Source of the DNA: Verrucomicrobiia bacterium
GTDB taxonomy: Bacteria > Zixibacteria > MSB-5A5 > DSPP01
Reading direction: 5' to 3'
DNA: 64,000 nucleotides
Assembly: GCA_035574275.1 (NCBI GenBank)
Contig: DATLYY010000017.1
Location: forward strand, 1,057 to 65,056
Shown here: positions 7,027 through 16,938 of the stretch, one piece after another
How positions within the stretch are numbered: the first letter of the stretch is position 1
Layout of the letters: each line of letters opens with the position of its first letter
Notes under the pieces: generated by a model
Told to the model about the DNA's origin: nothing
Databases searched by the model: none
What the model saw: the letters and a program-made list of their open reading frames with translations, nothing else
Made by a program: the position numbers and the translations under genes

Positions 7027-10000
7027 ATGCCGCGCGCTGTTTTGGTCGGTTTTTTTGCGTTTGTGTTGTTCGTTTTAGCTTTGGTCGGAGCGGAGGCCAA
7101 AACCACCCCGCCCGATGGGCTGCGGGAAAACACCCCGCAGGTTTTTGCCTTGACCAATGCCCGGTTGGTTTTGTCCCCGGGAAACACAATTGAAAAGGGA
7201 ACGCTGGTTATTCGCGAAGGGGTAATCGAGGCGGTCGGCGCCAACGCCGCCGTCCCGGCGGATGCCGTCGTGCTGGATATGGAGGGGAAGACCATCTACC
7301 CCGGGCTTATCGATTCCTACTCGGACTGGGGCTTGCCTAAACCGCCCCAGCGGGCACCGGGCGGCCCCGGACGAAGACAACGGGCTCAACCGGAGCAACC
7401 CGAAGAGCCGCGCGGCCCGCGCTACTGGAACCCCAACGTTTTGGCCCATCAAAAAGCGGATAAATTATTCTCGGCGGATGAAGAGGCCGCCGGGAAACTC
7501 CGCGAGCAGGGGATCACCACGGTCCTTGCCGTGCCGACCAGGGGGCTTTTCAAAGGAACCTCGGCTCTGGTCAATCTGGGTGAAGGAAAACCGAACGATT
7601 TAATCGTCAAATCCACCGTCGCCCAACACATCTCTTTGCAAACCAACTCGATGGGTGATGATTATCCCAATTCGTTGATGGGGGCCATCACGTTGGTTCG
7701 CCAGACCCTTCTGGACGCTGACTGGTACCGCCAGGCGCAGGCGGCTTGGAGCCGCAATCCCAGACTGGTGCGGCCGGAAGTAAATGAAGCACTCGAGGCC
7801 TTGAACCAGCCGGTCGGCGCCTATGTAATCGAGGCCGGTGACGAACTGGATTTTCTGCGGGCGGCAAAAATCGGCAAAGAGTTCACCCTGCCTTTAATCG
7901 TGCGGGGGAGCGGCACGGAGTACTTACGACTGCAGGCCATCAAGGCAACCGGTCTGCCGGTCATTTTGCCGGTCAACTTTCCCGATCCCCCTTCGGTGGA
8001 AAACCCGGATGAAGCGGTTGAAGTAACTTTGCGCGAGCTGCGTTTGTGGGATGAAGCGCCCGAGAACCCGAAACGTCTATCGGAAGCCAAAATTCCTTTC
8101 GCCTTCACCTCGGCCACCCTGAAAGACCCCGGCAATTTTTTGAAAAACGTCAAAAAAACGGTGGAACGAGGGCTTTCAAAAGAAGCTGCCTTGGCCGCCC
8201 TGACCACCACGCCAGCCCGGCTCTTCGGCGTTGAAAACAAAGTCGGAACGCTCTCGGCCGGAAAGACCGCCAACCTGGTGGTTACCGACGGGGAGCTGTT
8301 CGCCGAAAAAACCAAAATCAAGGAAACCTGGGTGGACGGCAAGCGGTACGAAATCAAGCCAGACCCCTTGGTGGATGTGCGCGGCAAGTGGGATCTAACC
8401 CTTTCAACCGGCACCCAGCCGGAGGATTCGATAGTTCTGGATTTGAAAGGGGAAGCGGACGGGCCGGAAGGAAATTTCAAAATAAATAAGGAAGCCAAGC
8501 TTTCAAAAATTACTCTTTCCGGAAAACGGTTGACCTTCTCCTTCACCGGCGATTCGGTCGGTTTCAAGGGGGTGGTGCGGATGGGGGGGAACGTTTCCGC
8601 CGATGAGATTTTGGGCACCGGAGAGTTGGCGGATGGAAGCACATTCACTTGGAAAGCCAAACGGGTGGCGACGTTCACCCCCGAACCGGACACTTCAAAG
8701 GCCAAAAAGCCGGAAATGGCCTCCTTTACGCCGGTTTATCCGGCCGCCGAATTTGGAAGGCCAAAGCTTCCCGAACAGCCGGAATATGTTTTGGTGAAAA
8801 ACGCCACCATCTGGACATCCGGACCGCAGGGAGTAATCGAAGAAGGCGATATGCTGGTGCGCCGGGGGAAAGTCGTCCGCCTCGGCCAAAACCTTTCCGC
8901 CCCCTCCGGCGCGCTGGTCATCAACGCCGAAGGGAAACACGTTACCCCCGGTCTGATTGACTGCCATTCCCATTCCGCCATTTCCGGCAACGTCAACGAA
9001 TCGGGACAGACGATAACAGCCGAGGTGCGCATCGGAGATGTGGTGGACCCGGACGACATCGCCATCTACCGCCAGCTGGCGGGTGGGCTTACCGCCGCCA
9101 ACTTGCTCCACGGCTCGGCCAACGCCATCGGCGGGCAGAACCAGGTCATCAAGCTCCGTTGGGGGGTCTCCGACCCGGAAGAGATGAAATTTGAAGGAGC
9201 CATACCGGGAATCAAATTTGCCTTGGGCGAAAACCCCAAGCAGTCGAACTGGGGGGACCAGTACACGACCCGCTACCCACAGACCCGGATGGGGGTGGAA
9301 CAAATCATCCGGGACGCCTTCAAGGCCGGCTTGGATTATCAAAAAGACTGGGACGACTGGGCCAAAAACAAAAACCGCATTCCTCCCCGCCGGGATTTGG
9401 AGCTGGAGACCATCTCCGAAATTCTGCAGAAAAAAAGGATCGTCCACTCCCATTCCTACCGGCAGGATGAGATTCTGATGCTCATGCGGGTGGCCCAGGA
9501 TTTCGGCTTCACCATCGGCACCTTTCAGCATGTGCTGGAGGGATACAAAGTGGCCGACGAGATGGCCCGGCTGGGAATCGGCGCCTCCTGTTTTTCCGAC
9601 TGGTGGGCCTATAAATTCGAGGTGTACGACGCCATTCCCTACAACGGGACTTTGATGCATAATGCGGGCGTGGTGGTCTCCTTCAATTCCGATTCGGACG
9701 AACTGGCCCGCCGGTTGAACCTGGAAGCAGCCAAGGCGGTCAAATACGGCGGCGTGCCACCGGCCGAGGCGCTTAAATTTGTGACCTTGAACCCGGCCAA
9801 GCAGCTACGCATCGACGGCCGGGTCGGCTCGCTGGAGGCCGGAAAGGATGCCGATTTCGTACTCTGGAGCCAAAGCCCCCTTTCCACCTATACGGTTTGC
9901 GAACAGACCTGGATTGATGGGCGGAAGTATTTCGATAAGAACGAAGATGCCAAGTTGCGTGCCGAAGTCACCCGCCAGCGCGCCGTATTGACTCAGAAAA

Positions 10001-10110
10001 TCCTGGCGGAGAAAAAATCGGGCAAGGAGGGCTCCGGCGAACGCGGGGGCTGGAAACGCCCGGGTGAAAGAAAAGTGCACAATTGTATGGACGAGGAGGT
10101 GCAGCCGTGA
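7027..10110 (+). CDS. Secreted two-domain amidohydrolase-superfamily protein (N-terminal degenerate domain plus C-terminal metal-binding domain)
   Basis: Start taken at the second ATG (MPRAVLVGFF…), which has an AAGGAG RBS; signal peptide. The first domain has YPGLIDSYSDWG, where the HxH motif is lost. The second domain has TPGLIDCHSHSAISG with HxH intact. Total ~1030 aa. Confidence 0.85.
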   Translation: MPRAVLVGFFAFVLFVLALVGAEAKTTPPDGLRENTPQVFALTNARLVLSPGNTIEKGTLVIREGVIEAVGANAAVPADAVVLDMEGKTIYPGLIDSYSDWGLPKPPQRAPGGPGRRQRAQPEQPEEPRGPRYWNPNVLAHQKADKLFSADEEAAGKLREQGITTVLAVPTRGLFKGTSALVNLGEGKPNDLIVKSTVAQHISLQTNSMGDDYPNSLMGAITLVRQTLLDADWYRQAQAAWSRNPRLVRPEVNEALEALNQPVGAYVIEAGDELDFLRAAKIGKEFTLPLIVRGSGTEYLRLQAIKATGLPVILPVNFPDPPSVENPDEAVEVTLRELRLWDEAPENPKRLSEAKIPFAFTSATLKDPGNFLKNVKKTVERGLSKEAALAALTTTPARLFGVENKVGTLSAGKTANLVVTDGELFAEKTKIKETWVDGKRYEIKPDPLVDVRGKWDLTLSTGTQPEDSIVLDLKGEADGPEGNFKINKEAKLSKITLSGKRLTFSFTGDSVGFKGVVRMGGNVSADEILGTGELADGSTFTWKAKRVATFTPEPDTSKAKKPEMASFTPVYPAAEFGRPKLPEQPEYVLVKNATIWTSGPQGVIEEGDMLVRRGKVVRLGQNLSAPSGALVINAEGKHVTPGLIDCHSHSAISGNVNESGQTITAEVRIGDVVDPDDIAIYRQLAGGLTAANLLHGSANAIGGQNQVIKLRWGVSDPEEMKFEGAIPGIKFALGENPKQSNWGDQYTTRYPQTRMGVEQIIRDAFKAGLDYQKDWDDWAKNKNRIPPRRDLELETISEILQKKRIVHSHSYRQDEILMLMRVAQDFGFTIGTFQHVLEGYKVADEMARLGIGASCFSDWWAYKFEVYDAIPYNGTLMHNAGVVVSFNSDSDELARRLNLEAAKAVKYGGVPPAEALKFVTLNPAKQLRIDGRVGSLEAGKDADFVLWSQSPLSTYTVCEQTWIDGRKYFDKNEDAKLRAEVTRQRAVLTQKILAEKKSGKEGSGERGGWKRPGERKVHNCMDEEVQP

Positions 10111-11468
10111 AAAAAATTCTTGGATTGACGACGATGCTCGGCTTCGGGCTGGCCGCCGCGCTTTGGGGCTTTGACCAGCGGCCGGCCCCACCGCAAAGCC
10201 ATCCGATCGCCCTGGTCGGCGGCACGGTTCATACTGTCACCGGCGGGGAACTGGCCGGGGCTACCGTTCTTTTCGACAGGGGAAAAATCAGCGCCATCGG
10301 CCGGGGCATTTCGCTTCCACCCGGCGCGGAAGTAATCGACGTAACCGGCCGACATATTTACCCCGGGCTCATCGACCCCTTTTCCAATCTGGGGCTGACC
10401 GAAATCGGCGCCGTTCGGGCCACCAACGACGTTTCCGAAACCGGGCGCATCAATCCCAACGCCCGGGCCGAAGTGGCGGTCAATCCGGAATCGGAACTGA
10501 TTCCGGTGGCTCGCGCCAACGGTGTCACCACGGCTCTGACCGCACCGGAGGGAGGAATCATTTCAGGAACGGCCGCCCTCATTAATCTGGACGGCTGGAC
10601 TTGGGAAGAGATGACTTTCAAAGCCCCGGCCGCTCTGGTGGTCAACTGGCCCCAAATGACCCCCCAGCGGGCCTGGTGGGTCACGGAATCGGAGGAGGAG
10701 CAGAAGAAAAACCGGGAGCGGAACTTGAAGGAACTTTTCCAAGCGTTCAAGGATGCCCGCGCCTACTGGACGGCCAAGAAAGCGACCGCCCGAAGCGGCA
10801 AGAGCATTCCCACCGATATGCGCTGGGAGGCGATGGTTCCGGTTTTTGAAAGGAAACTGCCGGTTTTGGTGATGGCCAACAACATCCAGCAAATCCACGC
10901 TGCCATCGCTTGGGCCGATGAGGAAAAAATAAAAATCATCATCGGCGGCGGCTACGACGCCTGGCGGGCGGCTGAGCTTCTGAAATCTAAAAACATCCCG
11001 GTTCTGGTCGGCGGCACCTTGCGCCAGCCGGCACGTCGATACGAGGATTACGATATGGCCTATTCGGTTCCAGCCAAGCTCTATCAGGCCGGGGTTAAAT
11101 TCGCCCTCTTCGGCGACGGCGGGGCCTCCAACGAGCGGAATCTGCCCTACCATGCGGCGATGGCCTCGGCCTATGGCTTGCCTAGGGAAGCGGCCTTGAA
11201 GGCGATTACACTCTTTCCGGCGGAAATCTTCGGTGTGGCCGACCGCATCGGCTCCTTGGAAGTGGGCAAGGATGCCACCCTCATCGTCACCACCGGCGAC
11301 CCCTTGGAAATCACCACCAACGTGGAGATTGAATTTATCCAAGGGAAAAAAGTCGATTTGACTTCCCGCCACACGCAGTTGTACGAAAAATATAAGGTAA
11401 AATACCAGCAGAAAGCTCCCGCCAACGGCCGTATGCGGGCCGGGGAAGAAGAGGAAGAAGCAAAGTAA
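10106..11468 (+). CDS. Secreted amidohydrolase-family protein (paralogue with a degenerate HxH motif)
   Basis: GTG start overlaps the upstream stop (GTGA) and has a GAGGAGG RBS. Signal peptide KKILGLTTMLGFGLAAALWG. YPGLIDPFSNLG replaces the metal-binding HxH. Amidohydrolase fold throughout. Confidence 0.8.
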
Positions 11469-11496
11469 TCGGACATCTGTCGTCGTAGTTCTGCAG

Positions 11497-11523
11497 GGGC
11501 AACCTTCCGGTTGCCCCTTTTCA
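11497..11523 (+). terminator. Rho-independent terminator after the amidohydrolase pair
   Basis: GGGGCAACC-ttcc-GGTTGCCCC followed by TTTTCATTTG. Confidence 0.75.
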
Positions 11524-11679
11524 TTTGTCTTCGTTGGCTGATCCGATATTTCCTCTCTTCCCCGCCAAAGGGAACGAAACCCAAAGGCCGGAGGGGGGGT
11601 TCTGAAGCGGCACTTAAGGCCATATGTCCCCCCTGCTTTCCATTGACAGCCGTATCTCCCCTATTTACTTTTCCGGCCT

Positions 11680-13224
11680 ATGCGCAACCGGCTGGCCAAA
11701 GTTTATTCCTCCTCGCTTTTGGGCATCGACGCTTATCTGGTGGAAGTGGAGGCCGACATCACCGGTGGAATGCCCTATTTCGCCACGGTCGGGTTGCCGG
11801 AAGGGGCCGTGCGGGAAGCCAAGGAGCGGGTTGCCTCCGCCGTAAAAAATTCCGGCTTCTCCTTCCCCCGTCAAAAAGTAACCATCAATCTGGCTCCGGC
11901 GGACATCAAAAAGGAAGGGAGCGCTTTCGATTTGCCGATGGCCGTCGGCATCCTAGCCGCCACGGGACAATTGGGACGGGAGGACTTTTCGGACGTGGTG
12001 CTGGTGGGGGAGCTTTCCTTGAATGGCGACATCCGTCCCGTCCCCGGCATCCTGCCGATTGCAATGGCTTTGAAGCAGAACGGCAGCCGGGCGCTTTTGG
12101 TGCCAAAGGAAAACGCCGCCGAGGCAGCCATGGCCACCGGCCTGCCGGTATATCCCATCTCCTCCCTCCGGGAGGCGGCCGGTTTTCTGGAAGGAGACGA
12201 GCGCATCGAACCGTTCACGCTGGACATCAATTTGGTCTTTCAAAAAGCACTCGATTATCCGCTTGATTTCGCCGAAGTGAAGGGACAGGAAGCTGTCAAG
12301 CGGGCTTTGGAAGTGGCCGCTGCCGGCTCGCACAACATTCTGCTAATCGGTCCGCCCGGTTCGGGCAAGACGATGCTCTCCCGCCGGCTGCCGACCATCT
12401 TGCCGCCGTTGACCGTCGAGGAAGCATTGGAAACAACCAAAATTCATTCTGTCGCCGGACAGCTGGAGCCGGGGGTGCCCCTTCTGGCCACCCGCCCGTT
12501 TCGTAGCCCGCACCACACGATTTCAGACGCCGGTTTAATCGGCGGAGGCACGGTCCCCCGCCCGGGCGAGGTTTCGTTGGCCCACCATGGCGTTTTGTTT
12601 TTGGACGAGATGCCGGAGTTCAAAAAAGATGTGCTGGAGGTTTTGCGCCAGCCGATGGAAGATGGCAAGGTCACCATTTCCCGCGCCAAGATCTCTTTGA
12701 CCTATCCCTCTCAGTTCCAGCTTGTGGCCGCGATGAATCCCTGCAAGTGTGGATTTTCTGGTGATCCGAGCGGAAAATGCCATTGTTCTCCTGCGGAAAT
12801 TCAAAGATACGTTTCGAAAATTTCAGGCCCACTTTTAGATCGCATCGACATTCACATAGAAGTTCCTGCAGTAAAATTTAAAGAATTAGCTGCGAGTGAA
12901 AGCGCAGAACCCTCTGCGAAAATTCGCGAAAGGGTAATTTCCGCTCGCAAAATTCAAACGGAGCGTTTCTCGAGGGAAAAGAAGGTCTTTGCGAATGCGC
13001 ACATGCAGACGCGTCACCTGAAGAAGTATTGTCAGATAACTTCTGCAGGGCAAGAACTCCTGCGGGCAGCTATGTCGCGGCTGGGATTGTCAGCTCGAGC
13101 CTACGACAGAATTCTAAAAGTAGCTCGCACCATAGCCGATCTGGAAGCCAGCCCCGACATCAAAGAATCCCACCTTTCCGAAGCCATCCAATATCGGACA
13201 TTGGATAGGAATTTGTGGATGTAA
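11680..13224 (+). CDS. comM: YifB/ComM-family Mg-chelatase-like AAA+ ATPase
   Basis: N-terminal Lon-protease-like domain ([22 protein letters not shown]…), Walker [14 protein letters not shown], and a C-terminal Mg-chelatase ChlI-like domain. 514 aa. Confidence 0.9.
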   Translation: MRNRLAKVYSSSLLGIDAYLVEVEADITGGMPYFATVGLPEGAVREAKERVASAVKNSGFSFPRQKVTINLAPADIKKEGSAFDLPMAVGILAATGQLGREDFSDVVLVGELSLNGDIRPVPGILPIAMALKQNGSRALLVPKENAAEAAMATGLPVYPISSLREAAGFLEGDERIEPFTLDINLVFQKALDYPLDFAEVKGQEAVKRALEVAAAGSHNILLIGPPGSGKTMLSRRLPTILPPLTVEEALETTKIHSVAGQLEPGVPLLATRPFRSPHHTISDAGLIGGGTVPRPGEVSLAHHGVLFLDEMPEFKKDVLEVLRQPMEDGKVTISRAKISLTYPSQFQLVAAMNPCKCGFSGDPSGKCHCSPAEIQRYVSKISGPLLDRIDIHIEVPAVKFKELAASESAEPSAKIRERVISARKIQTERFSREKKVFANAHMQTRHLKKYCQITSAGQELLRAAMSRLGLSARAYDRILKVARTIADLEASPDIKESHLSEAIQYRTLDRNLWM

Positions 13225-13238
13225 AAAGGTGCAACAGC

Positions 13239-15368
13239 CTAACAGGGTAACGTCGTACCTGAAAAAACCAGATTCAACTCAAGAACCACATCCGCTGGAG
13301 TTAAATTGCTGGAGCAGTTCAGGTCGGCCACCGAAAGAGGGCAAGTGCCCGTGCCCGCAAAAACACAGTTCAACATCAACACGACATCAGAGGGTGAAAG
13401 CTGTCCATCGTTGGAAAGGTCCCCCTTGATGCCGGAGAAAGGTTTTCGGGGAAGGGTCGTAAAAATCGTGCTATCGACGCGGACTTGTACCCCGCTTACC
13501 ACCAGCGAATCGAACAAACTGGCGGGCGGCGGTACGAAGTGCAGAGTGTAGGTGCCGGGCACGAGAATGCCAGCAAAACTACCGACGGCATCGGTTGTAC
13601 CCTTGGTCAAGGGAACTTCCGGAGAACCAAAGGCCCGCACCCGCACACCGGAAATCGGGTTGGCGGACGAATCGCGAACCGTGCCGGAGAGCTCCACGCC
13701 GTGGCGCAAGGTCAAATTGATTGCCGTGTCATTTACAATGGAAGCTCCCGCAAATGAGGCTCCCGCGAAGCGGGAAGCCAAGGGCGGCGTGTAGGCCAAA
13801 TCGAGTGTGCCCGGCGGAACGACGACTTCATAATATCCGGTTGAATCGGTGTTATCGGAAGGAGTGTATAGTTCGTTTCCGGACGAGGTGATGAAAGCGT
13901 CGAAATCCACCTCGAAGATTGGAATGTTCGACGAATCCCTGATGAATCCCGAAACAACCCGCCCGGAATCGAGCGTAACATTCAGGGTCATATTGGAATT
14001 GAGCGCAAAATTGGGGAAATCTTTGGCCGCCCGGCGGATGGATTTGGGCGGTTCGAATTCGACCGTGTAGCTGCCTGGCACGGCCACCACCGAGTAATTC
14101 CCCAACGCGTTGGTAAAGTGATTGGCTAAAGGCACCTTGGCGCCGGTCGCCGAATTTACAAATTTTATGTTTATGTTGGAAAGCCCGCCACCGCCCGCGC
14201 GCTGCACATTACCGGAAAGGGTGAATCCGGCCAGAACGGTGGCGTTTAATGTTCGGTCGGCGGCTACTGCCACGTGCAAGCTTTCCACCGGTGCCAGACC
14301 GGAAACCACAGGCGGCTGGAAGGTGACATCGTAGGCCCCCGCAGGCACCACGATTTGATAAAAGCCGGTGCCATCCGTGAAATCGAACGGGGTGGGGATT
14401 TTGGTGTTGGTCAGCGTGTCGTGCACGTCGATATCGACGTTGGCCACCCCGGCGTTGTCGCTGGCGCGACGGACGAATCCGGAAAGATACAATCCGGGTT
14501 GCAAGACGAAGTCAATCGACGTATCCTTGGTTACAGGCACAGAAAATTTCAGCCCGGCTATCAATTTGTCATCCACCAAGGGCTCCACGGTTATGTCGTA
14601 AGTCCCGGCTCCCACCACCACCTGATAAAAACCGTTGTTGTCTGTATTGTCGTTTGGCGTGGGGATGCGGGCCTGGGTGGCGGAAACATCAAAGTCCATA
14701 TCGGCATCCCGAACCGGCTGGCTGTTATTGTCGACGACCGTGCCGGAAACGAAAAAGCCGGCTTGCAACACCACGTCCCGTGTCTGGTTGGAGTTGAAGA
14801 TTATCCCCTTGAATTCTGCTGCCACCAGTTTTTGGGCGGCGACGGGGCGATAGGTCAACGTGTAAACTCCATTCGCGGGAAGCACCAATGAGTAAAAACC
14901 GAACGGATCGGTGTTGTCGGTCGGGTTGGGCGTGTAGACCAACTGTCCCGTCAACTCATCGGTGACATTCAAATCAATATCCGGCTGACCCACCCCGGCC
15001 GTATCCCGCACGAAGCCGGAAAGGGTGAAGCCGAGCGGCACGGTGTCGTTGAACACCTGGTTGCCGGAAAGCAGGTAGCCCGTGTTGTAAACGGGTGCCA
15101 GATTGCTGACCGCTGGCGGCGTAAAGGCAACATCGTAGGTGCCCGCGGGCAGGCCAAAGGGCTGGTTCAAATTGTAGTTTCCCAAAGCGTCTGTTTTGTC
15201 AGTCAAAATCCCCACGGGATTGCCATTGATGTCATATAAATCTACATCAACGTTTGCAATCCCTGTCCCGTTGGGATCGGTGATTTTTCCGGACAGGGTA
15301 AACTGGGCCTGCGTTCCGGATGCCAGCCCCAAAATCAAAACGATACTCCAAACCAAACGCCCGAACAT
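13239..15368 (-). CDS. Secreted repeat protein with ~7 CarboxypepD_reg-like (Cna-B/transthyretin-like) domains and a C-terminal dockerin-like double EF-hand module
   Basis: Start set at the internal Met (MFGRLVWSIVLILGLASGTQA signal peptide; GGAGG RBS) rather than 15524. It has repeating ~100-aa units (…SGFVRD…G…D…T….TD..GFY…P.G.Y.L…P). The C-terminus is GDLSNDGQLSPSDVVLMLNCVF…ADLNCSSNLTPADVVLELNLVF…LPC, two dockerin-type Ca-binding repeats. It is the last gene of a translationally coupled operon. Confidence 0.75.
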   Translation of the reverse strand: MFGRLVWSIVLILGLASGTQAQFTLSGKITDPNGTGIANVDVDLYDINGNPVGILTDKTDALGNYNLNQPFGLPAGTYDVAFTPPAVSNLAPVYNTGYLLSGNQVFNDTVPLGFTLSGFVRDTAGVGQPDIDLNVTDELTGQLVYTPNPTDNTDPFGFYSLVLPANGVYTLTYRPVAAQKLVAAEFKGIIFNSNQTRDVVLQAGFFVSGTVVDNNSQPVRDADMDFDVSATQARIPTPNDNTDNNGFYQVVVGAGTYDITVEPLVDDKLIAGLKFSVPVTKDTSIDFVLQPGLYLSGFVRRASDNAGVANVDIDVHDTLTNTKIPTPFDFTDGTGFYQIVVPAGAYDVTFQPPVVSGLAPVESLHVAVAADRTLNATVLAGFTLSGNVQRAGGGGLSNINIKFVNSATGAKVPLANHFTNALGNYSVVAVPGSYTVEFEPPKSIRRAAKDFPNFALNSNMTLNVTLDSGRVVSGFIRDSSNIPIFEVDFDAFITSSGNELYTPSDNTDSTGYYEVVVPPGTLDLAYTPPLASRFAGASFAGASIVNDTAINLTLRHGVELSGTVRDSSANPISGVRVRAFGSPEVPLTKGTTDAVGSFAGILVPGTYTLHFVPPPASLFDSLVVSGVQVRVDSTIFTTLPRKPFSGIKGDLSNDGQLSPSDVVLMLNCVFAGTGTCPLSVADLNCSSNLTPADVVLELNLVFSGTTLPC

Positions 15369-15397
15369 ATTGCCTCCTCTGATGAAAAGCCCCGTTG

Positions 15398-16936
15398 TCA
15401 GCGAATCAAGGCCGCCTTTAAGACTTTCTCCATTCGTTGCAAACCGCTCGTTTCCCGCAGGATTATTTTGCAGAAGTAAACCCCGGATGCGGCCGGTTCG
15501 CCGTTGTCGTTGTGTCCGTTCCAAAACAGTTCGCGCCCGTTTATCTGGCCGCCAGAAAGTTTTTTTTCCTCCTTAAAAACGATTTCCCCCGCTGGGGTGA
15601 AGATAGTGAGCAATGCCTTCCAATTGCCGGACAGAGCAGTCAAATCAACCGGAAAGTATATGAAGGAGTTTACCGCCGGACGAAAGGGGTTGGGATAAGC
15701 ATCCAGAATCCGCTCCTCGCCGGGGGGGGTAATCCGCACCGGCTGGCCGGGGAGCGTAACGTCAATGGTGGTGTCGTTCAATACCTGCACCAACCCTGGC
15801 AGCGTGTCGGCGAGGAAGTTGGTCGCGCCGGCCGGCGGATTGATAACAATCGTGTAACTGTCCGGAGGGACGGCGACTTTGATTACCCCAAATTGGTCGG
15901 CGTTGTCGGTTGGGGTGAACATTTCATTCGAGGGAGGAGGAAATTCGCGAATCACGTCCAAATCAGCAAAAGGCACCGGTTTATTTAGAGAGTCAACGAC
16001 ACGCACGGTCAGAAGGACGCCTCGGTTAAGCGTTTGGGTGATGGAGGTATCCGAAGTCAGCGCAAAAGAGCGCACTTTCTTGGCTACAAAGTGAGAATCT
16101 CGCGGCGGTACGAAAAGAAAATCATACATGTTGCCTGGGGCTACCACGGTCAGTTTGCCCAGCGAATCGCTCGTGTTGCGGGGAAGAAAGATTTTGTTCC
16201 CCAACGTGTCTTCTAAATCCAAATCCACGCCGGCAATCGGCGTTCTGGCTGGATTAAACGTCGTATCGATAGTCGTAGCGGAAACAAAAAAGCCGGAGCG
16301 AATGGTGACGTTAATGACCGTATCGCGGCCGGAAATTTTCACCGTATCCAACTGTAGCCCCACCTGTCTCCGTCCCGGGGCCGGGGCGTAGCGGAAGCGG
16401 TAGGCGCCGTTGGGAATGACGATTCTATAGTTGCCCAAACTGTCGGTCTTGTCGCCGGGGGTGAAAAGACGTTTCTTGCTGACCCAGTCGTCCACCGCCA
16501 AATTGATGGAGTCGATCGGCTTTCCCGCCGTGTCGGTCGCCTGTCCAGCGACGGCCCAGCCAAATCCAAGACGTATGTCCGGCAGGACGCGCGATGAAAA
16601 AAGTGGGACGCTTAAAGTTTCCTTTGCAACCAAATTTGTGTTATACGGATAGAGCGGATCATAAGTAATCCGATATGTGCCGGGTGTGCTGACGCAAACG
16701 CTATAATAGCCCGAAGAATCGGTGTTATCGCAAACGTAGGGCATTTTGAACCCCAGTAAGAAGAAATCCAAATCAACTTTCCGCACTGGTTTGCCATTGG
16801 CATCCACTACGCGCCCCTGTATAGTGAGTTGAGGGGGAGCACAAACCTGCGGACACTGGCAAAAGCTTTTCTTGGGGATTACGGTTAGTAGGGCGAAGGA
16901 CATTCCCAGGAAGAGAACGGGACAAAATTTGGACAT
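15398..16936 (-). CDS. Secreted repeat protein (CarboxypepD_reg-like domains) with a T9SS C-terminal sorting domain (Por_Secre_tail/TIGR04183-like)
   Basis: Signal peptide, then repeats paralogous to the 13239-15368 protein. The C-terminus …YPNPFRPAVNSFIYFPVDL…LLTIFTPAGEIVFKEE…GRELFWNGHNDNGEPAASGVYFCKIIL…EKVLKAAL matches the T9SS CTD consensus. Confidence 0.8.
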   Translation of the reverse strand: MSKFCPVLFLGMSFALLTVIPKKSFCQCPQVCAPPQLTIQGRVVDANGKPVRKVDLDFFLLGFKMPYVCDNTDSSGYYSVCVSTPGTYRITYDPLYPYNTNLVAKETLSVPLFSSRVLPDIRLGFGWAVAGQATDTAGKPIDSINLAVDDWVSKKRLFTPGDKTDSLGNYRIVIPNGAYRFRYAPAPGRRQVGLQLDTVKISGRDTVINVTIRSGFFVSATTIDTTFNPARTPIAGVDLDLEDTLGNKIFLPRNTSDSLGKLTVVAPGNMYDFLFVPPRDSHFVAKKVRSFALTSDTSITQTLNRGVLLTVRVVDSLNKPVPFADLDVIREFPPPSNEMFTPTDNADQFGVIKVAVPPDSYTIVINPPAGATNFLADTLPGLVQVLNDTTIDVTLPGQPVRITPPGEERILDAYPNPFRPAVNSFIYFPVDLTALSGNWKALLTIFTPAGEIVFKEEKKLSGGQINGRELFWNGHNDNGEPAASGVYFCKIILRETSGLQRMEKVLKAALIR

Positions 16937-16938
16937 TT

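Noticed and set aside
15369-15524. N-terminal 52-aa extension of the dockerin-tailed repeat protein (ORF-track start at 15524)
   Set aside because: The extension is Arg-rich and non-hydrophobic and would overlap the upstream gene. An internal ATG at 15368 is preceded by GGAGG and immediately yields a signal peptide.
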